Assembly: GCA_037441285.1 (NCBI GenBank) | Contig: JBBISL010000003.1 | Location: 32,001 to 96,000 of the forward strand | Length of the DNA stretch: 64,000 bases | Direction: 5' to 3' | Source: a candidate division WOR-3 bacterium | GTDB lineage: Bacteria > Hydrothermota > Tepidihabitantia > Tepidihabitantales > Tepidihabitantaceae | In this document: in pieces, positions 58,420-64,000 of the stretch | Position numbering within the stretch: the first letter of the stretch is position 1 | How the letters are laid out: each line of letters starts with the position of its first letter | Translations under genes and position numbers: made by a program | The notes under the pieces: generated by a model | What the model saw: the letters and a program-made list of their open reading frames with translations, nothing else | Database searches by the model: none | Told to the model about the DNA's origin: nothing

Positions 58420-59532
58420 TCAGTCAAGCGTATCGGTTTGCACCGGACGGGCGTTGACCCGTTGCCCATCGGTGAGTTTGGTCAGAACCTTGTAGGGACC
58501 GGTGATAACCTCGTCGCCGGGATTGATGCCGGCGACAATTTCAATGTCGGTATCGCTTGCCTTGCCGGTTTTGACCGGGGTGAGCACCGCCTTGCCATCT
58601 TTTACCAAAAACACGGTTTCGGTCTCTTTACCCGCCACTTTGCGCCGGCCCACCGCCTGAATCGGTACCGTGAGCACCGAGTCGAGTCGGGCGGTGATGA
58701 TTTCGGCGTGGCAGGTCATTCCCGGACGCAAGGATGATACCACGGTGCTGTCAATGGTGATAGTAACCTCAAAATTCGTTCCGCTTTCGGTTGCGCTCAG
58801 GAGTTTTTGTACCGGCATATAGCCCACCCGGGTGACTTTTCCGGTAAAGGTGGTGTCGGGCAGGGCGTCAACCGTAATCTGGGCGAACTGACCCGGTGCG
58901 ACATTGACAATATCGGTTTCGTCGACCTCAACCAGGGCTTCCATTGCGGACAGGTCGGCAAGGACCATCAGTACGGTACCGGGACTGTTCATCGTGCCGA
59001 TGACAACCGTTTCTCCTTCCTTGATGTTTAACTGGGAGACGATACCCGAGATTGGGGCGCAGATGACCGTTTTGTCAAACTGGTCTTGTGCCTGTAAAAA
59101 CTGGGCTTCAGCCGCCTCGTAGGCGGCGCGGGATGCTTCATACTGCTCCGGCGCGATGAGTCCGCGGGAGTAGAGGCTTTCAATTCGGGCATGTTTCAGT
59201 TTTATCTGGGTGAACTGGGCACGTGCCAGGATTAGTTGTGCTTCATAGGTCTGCCGGTCAAGTTCCAGGAGGGTGTCACCAGTCCGGACAAAGTCGCCTT
59301 CCTGGATGCGCAGTTTTTTAACTACACCCATCAGTTGCGCCTGAAGATTGACCTGAGTACGGGCGCGGAGCGTACCCGTGGCGGTAACTTTGGACAGGAT
59401 TGAACCGTAGTCGGCGGTTTCGGTTTCACAGAGGACGCCGGGTGAGCCCCGGGAACGGTTAAGGACGATGAAAAGGACGAGCAGGATAATAACTCCCAGG
59501 ACAACCAAAATGATGCGGAGCGGTTTTTTCAC
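58420..59532 (-). CDS. Periplasmic adaptor / membrane fusion protein (MacA/YknX family)
   Basis: N-terminal anchor; APISGIV; VDETDI; LRPGMT. Confidence 0.9.
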   Translation of the reverse strand: MKKPLRIILVVLGVIILLVLFIVLNRSRGSPGVLCETETADYGSILSKVTATGTLRARTQVNLQAQLMGVVKKLRIQEGDFVRTGDTLLELDRQTYEAQLILARAQFTQIKLKHARIESLYSRGLIAPEQYEASRAAYEAAEAQFLQAQDQFDKTVICAPISGIVSQLNIKEGETVVIGTMNSPGTVLMVLADLSAMEALVEVDETDIVNVAPGQFAQITVDALPDTTFTGKVTRVGYMPVQKLLSATESGTNFEVTITIDSTVVSSLRPGMTCHAEIITARLDSVLTVPIQAVGRRKVAGKETETVFLVKDGKAVLTPVKTGKASDTDIEIVAGINPGDEVITGPYKVLTKLTDGQRVNARPVQTDTLD

Positions 59533-59547
59533 GACACCTCCTTCAAC

Positions 59548-60813
59548 TTATTGCCCTTCAGTAAAGATATCGGTTTTGCCCAAAAGATAGCCAATCTGGG
59601 CGGTCTGGATGTAGGTGTCACAGAGCGCGGCAAGATAGGAAGCCTCGGCTTGCGCAAGGTTGACTTCAACTTCCAACAGGTCGTTTAAGGAATAGCTACC
59701 GAGTTCGTATTGCGAGCGGGCGAGGTTGTAGAGTTCCCGGTTGAGTTCTAAGTTGCGTTTTGCTTCGGTGTAACGGAGTTTCGCTTCTTCAAGGTCGAGA
59801 AGCGCGGATTGGGCTGCAGCCCGCAACTGGAAACGGGCGCGTGCCAGCGCGGCACGGGCGCGGCGTGAGCCGGCAATGGCGTCACCGATGGTAAGAAGCA
59901 AGGTTTTAATGTCAGCGATCGAGAAGGAAAAGCGGATGCCGTCGGTACGGTTTGCGTTCTTTTGCCAGGTACGATAGTTTTGGGGCAGGGTAGTGTCGAT
60001 GGTCGTCCAGGAACGATAAAGCGATACTGAAGGCAGGACGCGGGCAATGGCGGCACCGAGGTTTAGACGGGCAACGGTATTGAGATGCTGGCTCATACGG
60101 ACACTGATATTAACGCGCTCAATCGTCTTAAGCAGACTGTCGGGGTCGGTGATGGGAAAATCGGCGGGTGAATTGAGTTGTTCGGTTGCCCGGATTGGAC
60201 GAGGACGGTTGATGCCGGCGGTGGAGCGTAGTTTTTCCTGAGCCAAAGCGACATTTTTCTGGGCGCTTAACAGGTTGAGTTGTGTCTGGGAGTAGAAAAC
60301 TTCGCTGCGTAACAGGTCGATGCGCGACACCTGGCCAAGTTGGTAGCGTTCGGTAGTATAGTTGAGGTTTTCCGCTGCCTGCTGGAGGGCTTTCTGGGCG
60401 GCATCAAGCAGTAGTTGAGCCTTTAAAAGGTTTAGATAGTCGGTGGTGGTTTGAAAGATGAGGGCAGCGATTTTTTCCCGGGCGTCAAGAGAATAGTAAC
60501 GGGCGTTAACAACGCCATTTATGAAGCCGGCGAACACCGTTGGGTCAAACAACACCTGATTGATGGTCAGGGTACTGGTCCAGAGTGCTTGCCCGGACAT
60601 TTCCCTGGTCTGAGTGATGTTTACCTGAGGTGCGGGCAGGATGCCATTTAGCCCCTGACCTAAAGTCAACCAGCTCTGCAACCGGCCAGCACTGGCTTCA
60701 GTTGCCTGCGGGCTTTGTTTTAATGCGGTTTGTAGCGTTTGATTGAGGCTGAGGTAAAGGGTATCGTCAGGCGCTGGGGCGATGAAAAAAAGGAGAAGGG
60801 CAAAAAAATTCAT
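59548..60813 (-). CDS. TolC-family outer membrane factor
   Basis: Duplicated helical repeats ending RYQLGQVSRIDLL and QYELGSYSLNDLL. Confidence 0.85.
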   Translation of the reverse strand: MNFFALLLFFIAPAPDDTLYLSLNQTLQTALKQSPQATEASAGRLQSWLTLGQGLNGILPAPQVNITQTREMSGQALWTSTLTINQVLFDPTVFAGFINGVVNARYYSLDAREKIAALIFQTTTDYLNLLKAQLLLDAAQKALQQAAENLNYTTERYQLGQVSRIDLLRSEVFYSQTQLNLLSAQKNVALAQEKLRSTAGINRPRPIRATEQLNSPADFPITDPDSLLKTIERVNISVRMSQHLNTVARLNLGAAIARVLPSVSLYRSWTTIDTTLPQNYRTWQKNANRTDGIRFSFSIADIKTLLLTIGDAIAGSRRARAALARARFQLRAAAQSALLDLEEAKLRYTEAKRNLELNRELYNLARSQYELGSYSLNDLLEVEVNLAQAEASYLAALCDTYIQTAQIGYLLGKTDIFTEGQ

Positions 60814-60819
60814 TACTAT

Positions 60820-61575
60820 TTATCCCAGTGCCAGACCACCGGAGAGTGATATTAAAGCAGCAATGATGAGGACATAGCAGAACCAGATGAGAAATACGAC
60901 CAGAACGGTGTTTCTCATTTTAAGGTTGAAGATGACTTTAAGCCCGAGGCTAACAAGAATTAGTTCCCAGATGGTGAAGATGTCAATGCAGGCGAAAACT
61001 CCGCGGAGATAAACCGGAGCATTAGCGGCGAGCGGGGCAAGGCTGGTGGCAGCGGTCAGATTGCCGGTGGCAAGGATTATGATGATGTGAAACAGAGAGG
61101 CAGGGATGCGGACGAGCGCGGCGTTGGTGGTGATGGCGAAGGTGCGGCCAAAGCTGGAGGAGGAGCCGAGCAGGGGCAGAAGTAGATTGAGGATTGTGCT
61201 CCAGATGACGATTTGCAACCCCGACCAGACCACGGCGGGCAGGCTGCGGACAAAAAAGCGGAAAAACAGTTTCAACCAGGAGGCGTTCTGGTAGAACTCG
61301 ATTTCGGAATGGGACATATCCTCGATACGCTTGAGCGCCGCCTCATACTGGTCTGCTGGCATCTTGCCTTTTTCCATTTGGGCTTCAAGAAAATCTTTGG
61401 TCTTGGCGATGCGGGATTCGATACTGGCTACGAGGCGGGGGCGCGGTAAAAATGAGCTGCCAATGGTAGCAATGAAGAGCGGCAAAATCAGGGCAAGGAT
61501 GAGCGGTGCGGTCCAGGTTGGTTTGTTACTTAACTCCTGAAAGCGGCGGGTCGGCGCGGAGATGATTTGCCACAT
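60820..61575 (-). CDS. Yip1-domain membrane protein (YknW-like)
   Basis: IISAPTRRFQEL...P; IDIFTIW...GL; about 5 TM; start reset to ATG 61575 after AGGAGG. Confidence 0.75.
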   Translation of the reverse strand: MWQIISAPTRRFQELSNKPTWTAPLILALILPLFIATIGSSFLPRPRLVASIESRIAKTKDFLEAQMEKGKMPADQYEAALKRIEDMSHSEIEFYQNASWLKLFFRFFVRSLPAVVWSGLQIVIWSTILNLLLPLLGSSSSFGRTFAITTNAALVRIPASLFHIIIILATGNLTAATSLAPLAANAPVYLRGVFACIDIFTIWELILVSLGLKVIFNLKMRNTVLVVFLIWFCYVLIIAALISLSGGLALG

Positions 61576-61582
61576 CGGGACA

Positions 61583-62980
61583 TTACCTCCTTTTCCCGGC
61601 GGTTTTTGTGCTGATGCCGGTGTGTTGAGCATTCTGGCGAAACTGGGGCCAGAGGGAACGGGCGGGTGGTGCATCGCCGTAAAAGGCGTAGAGACCACCA
61701 TCCCAGGAGCCAATATACACTGTGCCATCAGGACCGATGGTGGGTGATGATGTGTAATACAGGTCCTTGTCTTCCCAGGCAACATCCTGTTTGAAGAGGA
61801 TTCGGCCTGAAGCGGTGAAGGCGTAGAAAGTGCCGTCGTCGGGCAAAATGTAAACCGTACCGTTGTCACTTACCGCTGGTGTGGAACAAACCACATCATT
61901 CATTTCGTAAATAATCTTTGTCCGGCCCGTGTCGGATTTCGCACAAAGGTAGTAACCATCAGTGCCCCAGTACATCGTACCATCAGGGCTATAGACAACC
62001 TCGGTTCGGATTTCATCCTCATCCGGAACCGGAATCCGCCAGCGCAGCCTGCCATCGGGTCTCAGGGCGTAAATGAAGCCATCGGAGCAGCCGATACGGA
62101 TGTTACCCTGTTCATCCGGAACCGGGGCGGGAAAGAAATAGGTTTCATCACCGGTACCAAAAGCCCAGCGTCTTTTGCCTCGGTTTGTGAAGCAGTATAC
62201 CGAGTCGGTGGCGATGTAGATTAGCCCATTACGGGCAATCGTTGGGGAAGATGTGGCTTCTTCTCCGACATTGACGCGCCAGCGAATTTTACCTTGAGGG
62301 GTTAGGGCGAACAGGGTGCCACTGTCGTTGACGATGTAGATTGAGCCGTCGGTATAAACCGTCGCCGGGGTCCAAAGTTCGTTTTCGAGGTTTATTGACC
62401 AGTGGATGTTGCCCGTGGTATCAAGGCAGTAAAGGTGGGAGTCGAGTGCGGGAATATAGATTTTGCCGGCGTGAATTGTTGCTGCGGAGTAAATCGGGCC
62501 CCGGGCGGTAAAGGTCCAGCGCAATTCACCGTTAGAAGAGAAGGAGTAGAAGGTACCGGTTTCATCGCCGATGTACACATTGCCCATTTCGTCAATTGCC
62601 GGGGTGGCAACAACCGGACCAGATGTCGGTGCAAACCATTTGAGCAAGGACGGGACAACCTGGACCGAACAGGGCTGGCTCCAGGTTGATTGGTTGCCGA
62701 TGGAGTCTTTTGCCATTACCCGGATGGCGAATTTACCGGTCGAATGATAGCGATGGTAACGGGTAATATCAGTCAACGAACGCAGCGGTCCGGTCCAGTC
62801 AAGGGTCTCGCCATCGCCCCAGTCAATTTTGTAGAAGAGCGGCAAAGGGTTACGGGCTTCTGGGAAAATGGTGAGTTCCAGTTCGTTTATTGTGTCAACA
62901 CGCAAAGGATAAACGAACGAGTCCGGCGGCACAATCTGTGCCGGTTCAATCAATGAAAGTATCAATAGGAAAGGCATCAT
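61583..62980 (-). CDS. Secreted PKD-like plus PQQ-like beta-propeller repeat protein
   Basis: IDWGDG; repeats of the type SSPTIGPDGTVYIGSWDGGLYA. Confidence 0.82.
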   Translation of the reverse strand: MMPFLLILSLIEPAQIVPPDSFVYPLRVDTINELELTIFPEARNPLPLFYKIDWGDGETLDWTGPLRSLTDITRYHRYHSTGKFAIRVMAKDSIGNQSTWSQPCSVQVVPSLLKWFAPTSGPVVATPAIDEMGNVYIGDETGTFYSFSSNGELRWTFTARGPIYSAATIHAGKIYIPALDSHLYCLDTTGNIHWSINLENELWTPATVYTDGSIYIVNDSGTLFALTPQGKIRWRVNVGEEATSSPTIARNGLIYIATDSVYCFTNRGKRRWAFGTGDETYFFPAPVPDEQGNIRIGCSDGFIYALRPDGRLRWRIPVPDEDEIRTEVVYSPDGTMYWGTDGYYLCAKSDTGRTKIIYEMNDVVCSTPAVSDNGTVYILPDDGTFYAFTASGRILFKQDVAWEDKDLYYTSSPTIGPDGTVYIGSWDGGLYAFYGDAPPARSLWPQFRQNAQHTGISTKTAGKRR

Positions 62981-63030
62981 AATGGTAAATAGTAAATGTT
63001 AATGGGTTATTGTCAACTGTTTGTGGTCAG

Positions 63031-63960
63031 TTAACCGAGGAAATATGCCCGGTAAATCGAATCTTCGATGAGCGGGCGGGCGATGGCAACATCCTGTTTG
63101 ATTTGCGCCTTGAGTGCCTCCGGGCTATCAAATCGGATTTCGGGTCGGATGCGTTCAAGAAAATGGACGGTAACCTTTGCCACTTCCGGGGCATTTGCCG
63201 GGTAATCAAGGAGATGGATTTCTATCGTCCGGTTGTTTCCGCCAAATGTCGGGCGAAAGCCGATGTTGAGAACACCGCCAAAGTTTCCCAGAGGGGTTTC
63301 AGCGATAGCCGCATAAACACCTTCGGCGGGTAACAGCTTTTCCCGATGCAGCGGTTGCAGGTTGATAGTTGGAAAGCCAAGCCGTCGGCCGGTGCCAGAG
63401 CCGCGGGTAACCTTGCCGGTGAAGGCATAAGGTCGACCTAAAAGTTCTGCGGCAAGACGGACATGGCCTAATACGAGGTGTTCCCGAATCCGGGTACTTT
63501 TTACCGGTGCGCCGAGGTGATGAAATTCCGGAACTGTTTCTAATTGGATACCGTGAGGTTTTAAGAGAGATGCGAGGAGGTTGATGTCGCCTCTGCCATC
63601 TTTGCCAAAGCGGTGGTCCACGCCGAGGACTAAAACCGCGGGTTGCAGGGGCTGGACGATGTAACTTTTGATAAACTGTTCGGGCTCGGTTGAACGCAGT
63701 TGCTGGTTAAATTCAATGAGATAGGTGAACTGGATGCCCAGTTCGGTGAGGAGTGGAATCTTTTCGTCAATTGTCGTCAGGAGGTAGGGGAAATCAGGGT
63801 GGAGAAGTTGGGCGGGCAAAGGGTGAAAGGTCACCATTGCTGGAATGCCGTGGATGGCTCGGGCGATTTCCTGAACCCGGTGGATGATTGCCTGATGGCC
63901 GAGATGCAACCCATCAAAGCTGCCGATGGTTAATACCAACTGACTCTTTTCAATCGGCAT
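63031..63960 (-). CDS. ribF: Bifunctional riboflavin kinase/FAD synthetase
   Basis: IGSFDGLHLGH, STRIR, GRRLGFPTIN, NIGFRPTF. Confidence 0.95.
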   Translation of the reverse strand: MPIEKSQLVLTIGSFDGLHLGHQAIIHRVQEIARAIHGIPAMVTFHPLPAQLLHPDFPYLLTTIDEKIPLLTELGIQFTYLIEFNQQLRSTEPEQFIKSYIVQPLQPAVLVLGVDHRFGKDGRGDINLLASLLKPHGIQLETVPEFHHLGAPVKSTRIREHLVLGHVRLAAELLGRPYAFTGKVTRGSGTGRRLGFPTINLQPLHREKLLPAEGVYAAIAETPLGNFGGVLNIGFRPTFGGNNRTIEIHLLDYPANAPEVAKVTVHFLERIRPEIRFDSPEALKAQIKQDVAIARPLIEDSIYRAYFLG

Positions 63961-64000
63961 AAATCACCCTTACGGGTTTGATTCGGTTGTCGGATATTTT

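Overview
A 64 kb chromosomal window from an anaerobic diderm bacterium. PorV and FlgD/T9SS-like tails suggest an FCB-adjacent lineage such as candidate phylum WOR-3; this is inference only. 1-11.6 kb: a 16-gene operon for a membrane-bound group 4 [NiFe]-hydrogenase/Mrp complex with three antiporter-like subunits and a formate-hydrogenlyase-like electron input module. 13.9-19.2 kb: mazG, four membrane genes that look like two paralogous pairs of opposite membrane topology (the best candidate for an undescribed system), and a Wzi-like barrel. 19-31 kb: tsaC, long greA, an internally deleted mscS, a double-domain thyX, secreted proteins, NADP-type gdhA, orphan dnaN and tmRNA. 31-36 kb: a disrupted sensor kinase, a sigma54 activator, a Cys-repeat protein and a second glutamate dehydrogenase; a palindromic motif lies upstream of both GDH loci. 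36-64 kb: comEC, a four-subunit 2-oxoacid:ferredoxin oxidoreductase, ftsK, a tRNA nucleotidyltransferase, tyrS, rplI, rpsR, a Yip1-TolC-MacAB-type exporter and ribF. Many genes appear leaderless, and three long spacers share a degenerate GC-rich motif. No rRNA, tRNA, CRISPR array, transposase or integrase was found. All calls come from manual motif recognition; no searches were run.
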